Shown one piece after another: positions 1-12,304 of a stretch of 64,000 bases of DNA. The translations under genes were made by a program, and so were the position numbers. The DNA is from Hyaloraphidium curvatum SAG 235-1 (taxonomy: Eukaryota > Fungi > Monoblepharomycota). The notes under the pieces are model-generated. The model was not told where the DNA came from. It did not search any database and saw only the letters and a list, made by a program, of their open reading frames with translations. The DNA lies in NCBI GenBank assembly GCA_025558095.1, contig JAIVFI010000009.1, positions 186,001-250,000 of the forward strand. Direction: 5' to 3'. Each line of letters opens with the position of its first letter. The stretch's first letter is position 1.

Positions 1-972
1 AAGCCGACGTTGGTCACGGCCAGCGTGGACGAGGTACGGGTCAACAGGAGACTAGCACTCGACAAGGACATGGTGATGTCGGGGAGGGTGGTGTGGACGG
101 GCGCCTCGTCCCTGGACGTGCTTATGGAGGTGCGGCAGGACGGCCCGGCCGCGAAACGCGATGGAGGCGACGCTGCTGCGTCCGCACCTCAGACCGAACC
201 CTCACTGGTTGCTCTCTTTTCCTACGTCGCCCTGGACCCGGTCACTCGCAAGCCCACGCGTGTGCCCCCCGTGGTCCCCAGCACGGACGCCGACCGCGCC
301 CTCTTCGCCGAACGGCAGGCGATCGCCGACGCCCGGCGACAGCGACGCAAGCTCCCCCCCTCCTCCGCCCCTCCCTTGGCACCCCCCGCTTCAGCGCTCC
401 TGGCCCGCCTACGCCGCGCCTCCTCCCTGATGTTTGACCTTCCCGCTCTCACCCCGCCGCGCTTCCTCCCAGTTCCCTCGACCCGCCTCGACGACGCCTT
501 CCTCACGCACCCCCAGGACCGCAACACGGCGGGCCGCATCTTCGGGGGCTTTCTCCTCCGCCGTGCGTTCGAACTCTCCTTTGCTGCCGCCTTCCTGTTC
601 TCGGGTGCCAGGCCGACGTTCGTACGCTGCGACGAGGTCAGCTTCGCCGCACCGGTGGACGCGGGGGAGCTGCTACGCTTCTCGGCACGGGTGCTGGCCG
701 CGTGGCCCGAGCCCGAGGGCAAGGAGGGGGATTGGCTGGTGGCCGTCGAGACTGTAGCGGAGAAGTCGGACCCCGGGCGGCGCACGTCCGAGGTGGCCAA
801 CGTGTTCAGCTACGTGTTCCGGTGCGCTCCCAAGGGGAGGCCGAGGGTGCCGGTGCCGGCTTCGGCGGAGGACGCGGCGAAAATGGCGGGGCTGCTGGCG
901 AGGCTGCCGGAGGAAGATGCGGCGGCGATCGCCGGGGAGGTGGAGGCAGCGGAGGCTGAACGTTGCGACTGA
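1..972 (+). CDS. Acyl-CoA thioesterase (double hotdog fold, ACOT9-like), 5'-truncated by window edge
   Basis: Two hotdog repeats: LVTASVDEV...GRVVWTGASSLDV and HPQDRNTAGRIFGGFLLRRAFEL...DEVSFAAPVDAGELL; stop at 970-972. Confidence 0.85.
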   Translation, partial: KPTLVTASVDEVRVNRRLALDKDMVMSGRVVWTGASSLDVLMEVRQDGPAAKRDGGDAAASAPQTEPSLVALFSYVALDPVTRKPTRVPPVVPSTDADRALFAERQAIADARRQRRKLPPSSAPPLAPPASALLARLRRASSLMFDLPALTPPRFLPVPSTRLDDAFLTHPQDRNTAGRIFGGFLLRRAFELSFAAAFLFSGARPTFVRCDEVSFAAPVDAGELLRFSARVLAAWPEPEGKEGDWLVAVETVAEKSDPGRRTSEVANVFSYVFRCAPKGRPRVPVPASAEDAAKMAGLLARLPEEDAAAIAGEVEAAEAERCD

Positions 973-1079
973 TTACTACTTCGACGCCGCTTTGTCGGAC
1001 CCACAAACGATCAAGACATCGGTCCATGACGCGCGGGAAGCTGATATGCGTATGCTGTCTATTTCAGTTTTGATGGGGA

Positions 1080-2308
1080 TCACGGTCTGGCAAGCACCGA
1101 GCCTAGGTCCAGGTGTGGCCCGTCGTGATAGCGCACCTCGTCCGCCTTGAGCCCGCCTCCCAGCCTTGCCAGGACGGCCGACACCCTCTTGTTCTCCGCC
1201 GGATCGTGGTCCAGGTCGAAGCATCCGACCCGGAGGCGCCGCAACCTCCTGGGAAGCCCCATGGCTAGCGCGGAGGTTGACACATAGTCCGCCTCGAGCT
1301 CCTCCAGGAAAGACAGGCGGATCATGTCGGTCCAGCAGGCCAGCAGAGGACCCGGTTCGAACGTTTCGCAGAGCAGCTTCACGGTGTTCGGCCTGAGGTC
1401 TGGGTTGTCCACGGCCGAGACCTGCAGGTCCTCCCAGTCGTAGCAGGTCAGCCTGCTGACCCAGAACGCCAGCCTTGGGGGAACGCAGTAGCCTTCGATG
1501 AGGTTGAACTCCAAGTCGACGTCCTTGAGCAGCGGAGACCGGTCCCCGATCGCATCGAAGAGGTCGACCGCGTCGAACCCGATGTACTTGAGCCGGCAGA
1601 GCGAGGGGAAGCTGGTGCTGAACTTCCTTGGTCGCCGTTCAAAGCCGATCTCCCCGAACGCATCGATCTGGAGCTCGAGCTCCTCCAGCTGCGGCAGGCT
1701 GAGGAAGGCAAAGCGGCCAGGTCGTCGACGTCTTGGAGCACGCAGTCCAGGGAGCGCAGGTTCGAGAAGGCTCCCAGGAAGGGCGGCAGGGTGTGGCGCA
1801 GGTGGATGCCGTCCAGCCCATTGGTGCCAAGCCGGTTGTGCGAGAACCCGGCAAGGAAGCCACGGAGGTGCCCCGTGTTGCCGTAGAACGACACGTCCCG
1901 CACGAACACGTGGTAGGTGCTCCGGTACGTCTGCCATGAGGCCACGCACAGCCGGCGCCGGTCCTTCTGAATATCCAGTCGCGCCGCGATCATGGCCAGC
2001 AGTTCGGGCGTTCCGACAAGGCGCTTCGCAGCCAGCGCCGCGCGCGCGCGGTCCCGGATCCCGCGCGCCTTCCCGCCCAGATCTCCGAGGACGCGCAAAA
2101 CCGTCGAAACCTCCTTGAGCTCCGCGGCGGACGCGTCGAGCGCCGACAGCGCGTCGACGGGGGCGGGGGAGCGGGCCAGGAGCGCGGCCGCCTCCTCGAC
2201 CGACGCGCCGGCGGCGTCCAGGGCGGCGCGCAGCTCGGTGACGAGGCCGCGGGCGCGGTCAAGGAGGGGCGGAAGTGCGGTCTGAACGGGCGCAGGAGCG
2301 GTTTGCAT
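1080..2308 (-). pseudogene. N-terminal coiled-coil + F-box-like + LRR-like protein, single 1-nt frameshift near 1712 (pseudogene or assembly error)
   Basis: ATG 2308 MQTAPAP...; F-box-like TPELLAMIAARLDIQKDRRRLCVAS; LRR-like FSNLRSLDC, LPQLEELEL, FPSLCRLKY, SPLLKDVDL; the two ORFs join if one T is added to GCTTTGCC. Confidence 0.6.
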
Positions 2309-2624
2309 GGTGTGCGTGGGGAGAAAGGGGAAGAGGTGCTGGCATACAACGCGATCTCTGTTCCACGACCGGACCACGATTGGTGGACATCGTCCGCTAT
2401 GATTTTCCTTGCTCCTCAAACTACATTCTTGGATTTGCAGATCGTCAAACGAGCTCGAGCTCGATTTCGATTCGAATCGAGCAGGTGCTGAGTCATCAGT
2501 GAAACGCGCTCAGCGCCGGGCTTCCGCGCCGCCCGACCGCGTGATCCCGTTTCCCAGAACTTCGGGAGCCTCACCGAGAACGAGCTCCTTGCTATTCTGC
2601 CGCCTCGCCTCGGTTTGTGCCGCA

Positions 2625-3938
2625 ATGGCGCCTTGGGACCGCCTCGAAGGGACCGACCCGCCACCGCTCCTGCAAGGGGCGTCAGGGCACCCGCCCGGGG
2701 CCCCGATACCGGAGATGCCGCACTCATACCAACCGGCGCCGACTCGACCGCCGACGCCCACGTGGCCCGGCGTCCCCGCGGCCCCCCCGCCGGGCAGGCC
2801 GCCGCGGCAGGCGCCGCTGCTCCCGACCGCCCGCACGCCCTCGCAAATCGCCGCGCTGCCCGACGCCGAGGTCATCCGGCTGGCCGACTTCGCCTACATC
2901 GACGCCGTCGAGCGGCGGCGGAGGGAGGCGGCGCTAGCCCACGCCAAGGACGGCTCGAGCTGGGGGTCGCAGGCGACGCTGCTCGCGGAGGACGACGACT
3001 CCAAGCTGCCCCTGGACTACGACCCGCTGGTGATGGGCCTTCCAGGATCTCGTATCGGACCAAAGGAACGGAAGCCAAAGAATTGCCGCAAATGCTGCGG
3101 GAAAGGGTGCTGCTGCTGCTGCCTCTACACCGTCCCGGCAAAGTGGGCCTGCGCCGTGACCACCGTCGCCATTCTCGCGGGCGTCGGCGTCGCCCTCTTC
3201 TTCTGCTGGCCGCGGCTCCCCACCTCCTCGGACGTCTACGTCGGCACCCCGGCCGTCGTCCCGGGCAGCTCGGTCTTTGCCCTCTCCCCCGCCCAGCGGA
3301 GCTCCTTCTCCCCCACCTTTTCCGCGGACCTCCGCGTCCCCCTCTCCGTGCGCTCCCCAATGATGATCCCCCTCACCCTGGACTCGATTTCAGTGGACCT
3401 GACCTACCGACCCCCCGACGGTTCCACCGCCGCGAAACTGGCCTCGGGCACCATCCCGCGCCCCTACTTCCCCGCCCGCTCCAACGCCTCCTTCATCCTC
3501 TCCCTCCGGGTCGCCTACTCCGGCACCGGCCTCGGCGACCCCGTCGTGCAGGGCCTCCTCGTGGACTGTGGCTTCGCCCCCGGCGGCCCGCCGTACTCCC
3601 CCTCCCTCCGCATCCCTTTGCGGTACGACGCCGTGGCGGTCCTCGGCGCCCCCCTCTCCTCCATCCGCCCGTCGTTCGGCGGCCCCATCTCCGCGGACGT
3701 CTGCCCCGCGCTCGCCTCCGCTTTGCTCCCGGTGGTCGAATCGTACTTCCAGCGGCTGCCGCAGACCGTGAAGACGTTCCTGCCGCAGGTCTCCGGGGCG
3801 AGCGCGGGGGAGAGGCTGGCGGCGTACGTGAAGCTGGTCTACCAGGCGGCTTCGGCGGTGGGCGTGGATCAGGGGGGGACGTTGCTCGAGGTCGCGGAGA
3901 GGCTGCTGTCGTGGGCGGGGATCGGGTTGGGCGGTTGA
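2625..3938 (+). CDS. Single-pass membrane protein with Cys-string and LEA_2-like beta-sandwich ectodomain
   Basis: Pro-rich N-terminus, CRKCCGKGCCCCC, TM (VTTVAILAGVGVALFFCWPRLP), then LRVPLSVRSPMMIPLTLDSISVDLTY...FPARSNASFIL pattern; intronless. Confidence 0.6.
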   Translation: MAPWDRLEGTDPPPLLQGASGHPPGAPIPEMPHSYQPAPTRPPTPTWPGVPAAPPPGRPPRQAPLLPTARTPSQIAALPDAEVIRLADFAYIDAVERRRREAALAHAKDGSSWGSQATLLAEDDDSKLPLDYDPLVMGLPGSRIGPKERKPKNCRKCCGKGCCCCCLYTVPAKWACAVTTVAILAGVGVALFFCWPRLPTSSDVYVGTPAVVPGSSVFALSPAQRSSFSPTFSADLRVPLSVRSPMMIPLTLDSISVDLTYRPPDGSTAAKLASGTIPRPYFPARSNASFILSLRVAYSGTGLGDPVVQGLLVDCGFAPGGPPYSPSLRIPLRYDAVAVLGAPLSSIRPSFGGPISADVCPALASALLPVVESYFQRLPQTVKTFLPQVSGASAGERLAAYVKLVYQAASAVGVDQGGTLLEVAERLLSWAGIGLGG

Positions 3939-5064
3939 TGTCTCCGGGTCTCTGGGCGGGGACGAACCGGGGATTGGAGAGCGAGGCGGGCGGGGACGGG
4001 AGGCTTTTTGGGAGGCGGAGGGTAGATCTTTCGCGCACGGGAGGCGGGGCATCGATACCTTCTTTGACGACATTGGTCAAGGTTGCCGATAGATATCCCA
4101 GATACTTGCTATGCGGACCCCCGTCAGGACTCCGTGCCGCCCCTCCGAGGAGAGGTCCGTTTCACGTGCTGTCCGCAGGGCGGAGCGCCCGTCAGGTACT
4201 ACGTTCCTCATGGGCGCCCCTGTGGCGGATCGGGGCACGGGACTGCCTTCATTCGCTTTCTCTTTCGTAGAACGCAACACCATATGGCCGCCCGTACGGA
4301 GGCCAGGCATCACCAGGCGCCTCCCAGCCAGATGTCATTGCGTCAGGCGCTCCGCGTCTCACACAACCCTCGCGCGCTCCCCGGCCATCCAGCGCATTTC
4401 CAGGCACTGCCGAACGCGAAAGGGGGGGGGGGGATTAAGAGCGAATGCTGAGCCGCTGCGGTGGGCGAGCTCGGGGGAACACGGGGCGCCCTGGGGGCGG
4501 GGTGCCGTTGCGCCGGCGTCCCCAGGCGGGTTCAGGGACGCCGGAGGGTTCAGGAGAGGCTCCGGGAGGGCCCCGGGCGTTGCGGCGCGGACGGGCCGGA
4601 CGCGGGAGTTGGGTGCGAGAGCGGGGATCGGGACGGCTGCCGAAGGAGTATCCCCGAGATGACCGTTTCCGGACGCACCCGCCCGCAACCCTGAAGCGCA
4701 TCCCCGCGCGCCGCTGCCTCTCCACGCCGCTCGAGGTCCCACAGCCGCGCCTTGGTGTCTCTTCAAACACGATTGGCCCCCGGAATGCCTCCGCCGTGCG
4801 CGATTCGGTTCAATCTGACCCGCAGCCACCGGACCGCCCACACCCAGCCCGGATCGAGGACACCAGCCCCAGCATATGCCCGCGATGCCGACTGGCCGCC
4901 GGAAAACCCGATGCCGAATGCCGCCAATGCTTAGCCCAGACCGCCGCCGCATCGCATAAAACCCCGGCCGCCACGACACCTCCCCCCATTCCCCGGGACA
5001 GCAGGCCACGACCGCAGCGCGACTCGCGACCCCTGCCCCACGAACGACAGCCGTTCTCCCTGCA

Positions 5065-6334
5065 ATGCAGCGCATCGCACGGATCGCCGCCGCCGCGGCA
5101 CTGCTCGCCGCCGCCACCGCATCGCTGGCCGATGCGGCGCCGCACAAAATCGAGGAGAGGGCGACCGAGGGGTGCTGGAACCTGCCCGTGGTGGGTGTTT
5201 GAGCCGCGCGGGGACGTGCGGTGGCGGGGTTGCACGGGGGACAGGGGGGTGGTCGGGTGCCGCGGGTGCGATGCCGGGGCCTTGGGAGGGCCCGGAAAAG
5301 GGCCCGGCGGGACTTGGAGAGCGGGATTCGGCCTGCTGGAGGATGCCGACGAGCATGACGGGTGGACAGGCGACGGTTGCGGTTCCGGTCGTGCACATGA
5401 CTAACGGCCTCTCCTCCCTCCCTTTCTCCAGTCCTCTGACGGCACCTGCGGGTTCAACGGGTTCCGCTGCCCCCAGGGCTCGTGCTGCTCCGCCTGGGGC
5501 TTCTGCTCGCCCGGCGGCGACGTCGGCACGCACGACCTCTGGTGCCGCGCCGACAACGGCTGCCAGCGCCAGTTCGGCAAGTGCTTCGACCAGGCCGACC
5601 TCGTCTGCGGCAAGAGCCTCGGCTCGACCTGCTCCGCCTCGGGCCCTGAGTGCGCCACCGGCTGCTGCGTCAACGGCGCCTGCGCCAACGCGCACATCTG
5701 CTACACCGCCGGCGACAACGGCGCGAGCTGCACGGCTTCGGGCGCGCTGCAGTGCAAGTCCGGGTGCTGCGTCAACGGCGCTTGCGCCGACGCGGGCGCG
5801 TGCTTCCCCAACGGCAACCCGGCCGCCGCCGTCTCCGTGAGCGGCACGGGCCCGATCCTCGGCAACTACCAGGCCCCTGCACCCGCACCTGCACCTGCGC
5901 CCGCTCCCGCCCCGGCACCGCCGCCGCCGCCGCCGGCGAGCAACGCGCAGTGGTTCGACGGCGTCTCGACTTGGTACAACGCGTAAGCATCCCCTCTCCA
6001 ATGTCTTCGTCGCGGTCCTGACGCCCTTCCCCTTCCCAGATGCGACCCCGCGCAGAACCACGGCTACGCCTGCATGGGCTCCTGCGACGGCAACCGCATC
6101 GACGACTCGATGCCCATCGTCGCCGTCAACGGGGGCCAGTACAACCATGACCAGTGCTACAATTACGTCGAGGTCTACGACTACTCGACCGGCTGGACGG
6201 CGCGGTTCCAGGTGCAGGACCGCTGCGCGGCCTGCGGCTGGGGCGCGCTGGACCTCACCCCGCAGGCGTGGAGGATGCTGGGGAGGGACCCGTACACGAG
6301 CGGGATCGGCCGCATCCGCTGGCGGTTCGTGTGA
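5065..6334 (+). CDS. Secreted CBM18 (hevein-like) + Cys-rich repeats + Pro linker + DPBB (expansin/barwin/RlpA-like) protein; exons 5065-5190, 5432-5982, 6040-6334
   Basis: Signal peptide MQRIARIAAAAALLAAATASLADA; SSDGTCG...CPQGSCCSAWGFC...NGCQRQFGKC; two C..GCCVNGAC repeats; (PA)n linker; TWYN...ACMG...VAVN...VQDRCAACGWGALDLTPQAW; phase-compatible GT-AG introns with branch points. Confidence 0.85.
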
Positions 6335-6679
6335 GCCCATCCCGGGCGGAGTGGGCAAGCCTGCGCGCCGGCGCGCAAGGCAGCAAGGGGGGCACCGCAT
6401 ATCCGCGCGCACTCGGCTGGGCCGGGACGCGCAAAAACCATATTGTAGAGGACCATTCGCGGTTGATCCGGGATACCATCAAGTACAAGAAAAGGACGTT
6501 CTCGCTGGCGGGGAAAGAAGGGGTTGGATCTCGAAGACAATGTAAAGCCCACCGTGGGGCAGAGCGGAGTTGATAGACCATCCGAACCGACCTTTTGTTT
6601 CACTTCAAGTCCAGTGACTAGGTCTTGTCTTCGGAGTTCGCGGAGTGGTCGCCGCCTACTCCGCCGCATCGTCGCACAA

Positions 6680-8675
6680 ATGGAACCCAACAACGAAGGT
6701 CCGCGCAGACCCTCCACCTCCGCCTCTCCCTCTCTCGTGCCTGAGAAAGGGAAGCCGCGCCCGCCCCGCATCGACTGGGACGACGAGTCGGGCGCCGCGC
6801 CCGGCCACGTCACCGACCGGCCCAGAATGGAGTCACCCGGCCCCGCCGGCGCAGTGAAGCTCCCCCGCCCGCTGGACGACAGCGTGCGGCTCGGCAGCTA
6901 CTCGACGCTGGTTGGAGAGGACGACGACGACGAGGAGCCCGAGTGCGATGACCTCCCGGCGCGGCGGACCAGCATGCCCCGGCGACGGCCCGTGCCTACA
7001 TCCCGCTGGACAGCCACAGGCACCGCCGCCTCAGTCCTTCGGACCTCTTCTTCCGGCCCCGCTTCTGCCCCTGCGGCCCGCGCACTCTGGGCCCAGCTGT
7101 GCTTGCCGGCTGCTGCCTGCTGCTCATTGCCGTGCTGATCGCCCTCGGCGCTCTGCGCTTCGCTCGCGAGCAGTACGTCGGCAGGCCGATGAATGCCACG
7201 GATGGCGGAGAATGGTGGATCGTCGGGGAGGAGGGCAAGGAGGCGTACAGGTTCCTCAAAAGGCAGGTGAATCACGAGGCCAGGGACGAGATGGCGATCG
7301 GGAGGCGAAGGCGGATCATCGACAGCGGGAAGTTCAAGATGTGGGTTCCAAAGCTGCGCCAGCTGCTTTCGCGTGCTGAAGAGTTGTTCCAGCTACGTGT
7401 ATCTGATGTCGCCCGCGGACACGGGGGAGGCGTTCTACCGCTCCGCGCTCATGGACACCGACCTCGGCTTCCCCCCCAACACCACGCTTTGGGACTGGTG
7501 CATTCGCAGCTAGTAAGTTCATTGCTCTTTGTGGGCCCGCAAGTAGCTGATCGCCTCGCAGCTACTCCTTCGAGATCACCTTCCGCCAGTACCTCCTCTC
7601 CAACCCCCACGGCGTCCTCACCGCCAACCAGAGCGAAGCCTCGCTTTCCTACATCCCTGTTCTCAGCGGGTGCGAGTTCTGGCGCGCCGGATGGCCGGAC
7701 ATGGCCAAGCTCACCTTGGCCTTGGACGTGCGGATCGGAAGCCTCCTCGCAAAGTTCCCGGCGGCGGCCGAGCACTTCGGCAAACCGGCCCATCTTTCGC
7801 GGCGCGACCACCTGATGGTGTTTGCCCATGACTGGGGGACCGTCTACTCGCCCGCGAACGTCACGGACCGCGTCATCTCGGTGGTCCAAATGTCTGACGG
7901 CCACGGCGCCCAAGGCTCCTCCTTCGGTGTCGACTCGATCCCCGTGCCCCCGGCCAGCAACCACCCCGCCAACGTCCCCCCACCCTACTCCATCTCGGCC
8001 TGGACCTTTGGCCGCCGCCGCATCTTCGCCTTCTTCGCCGGCACGTGCCACCCCGCCGACCCCACCCGCGAAGCTTTCTGCGCGCACCTCTCCCGCCTCG
8101 TCCGCACCCGCCCCGCGCTGTTCCCTTCCCCACCCACCACCATGCTCCCCACCCAGCACGGCATCTCCGACGCCGTGATCACCGCCGCCATGCGGGCGTC
8201 GACCTTCTGCCTCGCGCCGAGGGGCTGGACGCCCACCACCACGCGCCTTTTCGACGCCGTGTACGAGGGGTGCGTGCCCGTGGTCGTCGGCGGGCTCGGG
8301 AACGCGACGGGGCTGTGGGGGCTCGATTGGCCGTTCGGGGCCATGCTGCCCGGGCTGAGGAACGCGGCGATCGTGGTGGGCGAGGAGCAGATCGCGATGC
8401 TGGACGAGATCCTGTTGGCGGTGCCGGAGGAGGAGATCGTGCGGAGGCAGCTTGTGCTCTGCGAGCTGGGGAGGTGGGCCTTCGCGTACCGCCGCGCACT
8501 GGGTGAGCGGGGCGGGTACGCGGTGGGGTGCAGGGAGGCCAACGCGACGCAGGGTTGCGGGTTTGGGAGGGACAAGGGTTACCTGGACGTCCCCGGAGAA
8601 GAAGGGCGGGATGCGTTCGACATGTTTCTGATGGAGTTGGCAGGGAGGGCGGATCAGTTGGGGCTCGTGGGATGA
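6680..8675 (+). CDS. Exostosin family (GT47) glycosyltransferase, type II membrane protein; frame break near 6955
   Basis: TM LAGCCLLLIAVLIALGAL; FKIYVY after splicing; DHLMVFAHDWG; STFCLAPRGWTPTTTRLFDAVYEGCVPVVV; introns ~7341-7392 and ~7513-7561; cytosolic N-terminus needs +1 C at ~6955 or an intron at 6911-6972. Confidence 0.85.
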
Positions 8676-8738
8676 CGGTATCTCGAAGATTCGTTTTGGG
8701 TATCAGGTCGGGTACAGTCCTGGAAGAAAGCACCGCCG

Positions 8739-9649
8739 TTAGCCGTGCGAGCACACCAGAAAGCCGGGAAGCCCACCTCCGTCCACCAGGATCGTCTGGT
8801 TCGTCAGGTAGCCCGTCAGCACCATCGTCTCGACCACCCTTGCGACCTCCTCGGGCTTGCCCGCCCTCCCAACCGGGATCCGTGACGCCATCTGGCCCGC
8901 GTCGGGCATCATGATGGTCCCCTCGATCAGAGCCGGCGCGACGATATTAGATGTAATGCCGTCCTTGGCGTGGTTGGCGGCGATCCAGTGGCAGAGCCCG
9001 TTGAGGCCGGATTTCGACGAGGCGTAGTGGGGACCTGCAAGGTCCCTCAGTTTGCCTGGGGCGAAGCGAACGAGGAGTATGACACCGACCGACGACGCCG
9101 CCCGTGAACCCCGCGATGCTCCCGACGAATACGATCCTTCCCCACTTCTTCTTCTTCATCCCCGGCACGGTCAGCTTAGCCAGCACGAACGGCGCCTTCA
9201 GGTTGGTCGCGTGCGTCTTTTCGAACTCCTCTACCGTGAGCTCCTCCAGCGACGCCGCGCGGACCGCCCGGCCGGCGTTGGCGATGAGCACGTCGATCGT
9301 CTTGTCAAATTCGAACTCGATGGTGTGGAGGAGAGGGGGGAGGGAACTAGGGTCGGACATGTCGCACTTGTAAATCTTGATCTTGATGGAGGGGTAGCTT
9401 GCGGCCAGTTCCGACGCGAGCGCGGTGCATTCCTCCGGGTGCGAAAAGTAGGTCAGCGCCAGGTCGGCCTCCAGGGCAGCGAGCCTCTGCGCGACTGCTC
9501 TGTGCGTCAGCGGGGCGGGATCAGCGCGGGAGACGCGACCCGCCTGCCCGCCCAATGCCTCCCGATGCGCCCGTCACCAGGGCCAGCTTGCCGGTGAGCT
9601 TGCCATCGTCAATGTGGCTGCTCGTCGCGACCGGCGATTGCGTCGCCAT
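8739..9649 (-). CDS. Short-chain dehydrogenase/reductase (FabG-like), 2 introns
   Basis: KLALVTGASGGIGRAVAQRL, DVLIANAG, GRIVFVGS, YASSK catalytic motif, GITSNIVAPA; 3' end less certain. Confidence 0.9.
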
Positions 9650-9756
9650 CGCGAACACGGCGTCGACAGCGGACAACGGAACTTCGGGCACGGTGCCGAA
9701 GGGACTGCTCATCCGGCGTCTCTTTGTTTACGTCTTGCGCCACGGCGTCCTCAACG

Positions 9757-11325
9757 ATGCTGGCCCGCAGGCTCGCGTCCGGCGGGGCCCGGAGACTCTG
9801 CTCGGCTGGCGGCGCGCTCTGGACGGCCCACGCGGGGACGATGGGCCCCGCGGTGCGCCCGTTCGCCCCGCCGCCTGACCCGATCCGCTGGACGATGCGC
9901 GCGTACGCCGCCGCGAAAACCGTCAAACAGAGGCCGAAACCTGCTGCGGCGCCCACTTCGGCATCGCCGCCGGCCCCTGCGAGGGCCACACCCCCGCCCC
10001 CGGCGCCCGAGGGCCCGCCTTTGAAGGAGGTCCAGGGCCGCTTCGGCGCCATCAAGGAGCAGCCGCGGGCACAGGCCATGGTCACGCTGCAGAACAGGCT
10101 CCTGCAGTTCCACACCGTGCGGGCGATACTGGCGTACGGCCGGGACCTCGTGCACTGGGCGCAGCTGGCCGCGGGGAGCGCGAACCCGCAGGCGGGCGGC
10201 GCCTCGGCGCCCATCAGCAGGATGGACGCGAGGCTCATGATCCAGTGAGCTGCTTTGCTGGCTCTTCATCCGCTCGCCGTTCCGCTGACCGGGATCCCCA
10301 GGACGCGTCTGAGCACCGTCAAGATCATCGGTTGGGTCGTCTTGATGAACCTGATGGGCATGGTCTCTCCCCTCCCCCTCACCTACGCCATGATCCCACC
10401 AATCGTCATCGGCATCTGGCAGAACCTCCCCGAAGTATCTCCCGCCAGCTTCGTCAAGGAGGAGGCCTTTGTGGGTTATCTTTCGGGACCCGCTTGGCGC
10501 TGTCGTCTGACCGCGCCCGTTCCTCAGGTCCGCGTCCTCGTCCGCGAGGAAAAGCGCCGCATCGCGCAAACCCCCGTCATCCTCTCCTCCCTCACCAACC
10601 TCTGCGAATCCATCCTCTCCAAACCCGACGCGACCCCCAAGGACAAGGCCGACGCGCGCAAGCTCCTCGCCTGCATCCAGAACCCCCCCCGCGAGCGCGC
10701 CGCCGAGGTCCTCGCGACGACGCACAACCTGCACGACTTTTTCCTGCGGCACTACAACGCCCTGCGCCTCCCCTCGTCCGCGGACACGCTGGCCTTTGCC
10801 CGCTTCACGGGGCTGTACTTCGAGTTCCTCCTGACCCGCGTGCGGCTCGCACGGAGGCTGGACTGGATCATCGCGCGGGACGACCCGATGCTGCTGAAGC
10901 CCGAGAACGACCTGGCGCGGTACGACGACGCGGACGTGCTCGAGGCCGCCGAGGACCGGTGGTCGACGCCGCTCATCGCGCTGTACGGGTCCGCGGGGAA
11001 GGTGCCCAAGACCATAACGGGCGGCCTGGAACCCGCCCCGCAGGCTCGCGCGAGGGTGCTCGGGAGCGTGACGGCGCACGCGAGGTTCGTGGCGGGGATG
11101 CTGGCAAAGTACGGGGAGGTGCCGATGCCCCCGAAGGAGGACTGGGAGGCGGTGCCGGAGCAGGAGAAGGAGAGGCTGAGGGTGCTGGAGAAGAAGGGCG
11201 CGCTGGAGGACAAGAGGTTCCCGGCGGAGGAGCTGGGGGCCGTGGGGAGCTTGGTCGTGGTCGGGAGGGCGCTCGAGATCGCGGCGATGCTGAAGGACCA
11301 GCAGGCTGCCGCGGGCAAGGAGTAG
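9757..11325 (+). CDS. Mitochondrial membrane protein, LETM1/LETMD1-like
   Basis: Arg/Ala/Ser-rich presequence MLARRLASGGARRLCS; Pro-containing TM segment; RLARRLDWIIARDDPMLLKPE resembling the LETM1 'L..I..DD..I..E' motif; introns ~10245-10300 and 10471-10527. Confidence 0.55.
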
Positions 11326-11428
11326 GCGTCTGTAACTCTGTACGCGGCTAGGGGCGATAGACATCTTAACTGCAAGCTTCTACTGTACATTGAATAACGT
11401 TGCTCTTCTGATTTGCCTTCTTCTCCGC

Positions 11429-12304
11429 CTAGAACTCCGACGCCGGCAGGCTCTCCAAGAAGCTAAGCAAGTCGGCGGCGGTCGGTCTCATGCCGGCGTC
11501 GAGGAAGCACATGCCGGCGACCTGGCACACACCACGGGGAGCTCCGAACGGAATGAGCGGCCTGTTGCCGTCAGCGATGGAGGCCTCGAAGATGTAGCGG
11601 TCCTGACCATGCAGCGAGTCAGTGATGTGGTTCGCTGATTCCGCCGCCAAAAGCTTACAGAGAATCCCACAGGCTCGAGACCGGCCAGGACGAGCAAGGT
11701 GATGCCGAACGCGAACAAGTCGGCCGAAGGGTGCGCGGCTGCGCCCCGAAGGACTTCTTTTGGCCGGTAGCCCACCGTGCCGCCGAGCACCGGCTGGCCG
11801 ATCCGCTGGGCGAAGCCGAAATCGCAGATGACGGGGCGCCCTCGAAAGTCCAACAGGATGTTGCCGGGCTTGATGTCGCAGTGGGTGAAAACGGCGGCGT
11901 GCAGGGCGATTAGGCCGCGGAGTACGCCTTCGACGATGGCTTTGAGGTCGGCTCCTAGAATAGGGCCCGACTCGAGGCGTTTGGCGGCCGAATAGCGCAT
12001 AAGAGGCAGCACAATCCTCATGCTCTTCTCGTCGTAGTCGAGCATGTGAATGACTGGAGACGGGGAGAAGGAGTAACGGAAGGTCAGCCACGCGGCCACA
12101 CGTGGGCTCAGCCGTACCGTTCCGATGCCCGCCACGAGCGTTCACGGCCGACAGGACCCAGATCTCGCGGTGGAAGTTGGCGCGTCGGGCATGGACCTTG
12201 ATTGCCGCTGGCCGGCCACCGAAAGTGTCGCGAAAGACGGTGCCCTCGGCCCCTTGTCCGACGACGTGGTCGGAGCTGGTAGGCTGCTTCCCAGGGGTGG
12301 CCAT
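11429..12304 (-). CDS. Small Ser/Thr protein kinase (lineage-specific family), 2 introns
   Basis: GQGAEG, AAIK, HCDIKPGN, DFG, GTVGYRPKE, ADLFAFG, RPTA; introns ~12055-12117 and 11603-11658 restore a continuous frame. Confidence 0.9.
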   Translation of the reverse strand: MATPGKQPTSSDHVVGQGAEGTVFRDTFGGRPAAIKVHARRANFHREIWVLSAVNARGGHRNGTAEPTCGRVADLPLLLLPVSSHSHARLRREEHEDCAASYALFGRQTPRVGPYSRSRPQSHRRRRTPRPNRPARRRFHPLRHQARQHPVGLSRAPRHLRFRLRPADRPAGARRHGGLPAKRSPSGRSRAPFGRLVRVRHHLARPGRSRACGILCKLLAAESANHITDSLHGQDRYIFEASIADGNRPLIPFGAPRGVCQVAGMCFLDAGMRPTAADLLSFLESLPASEF

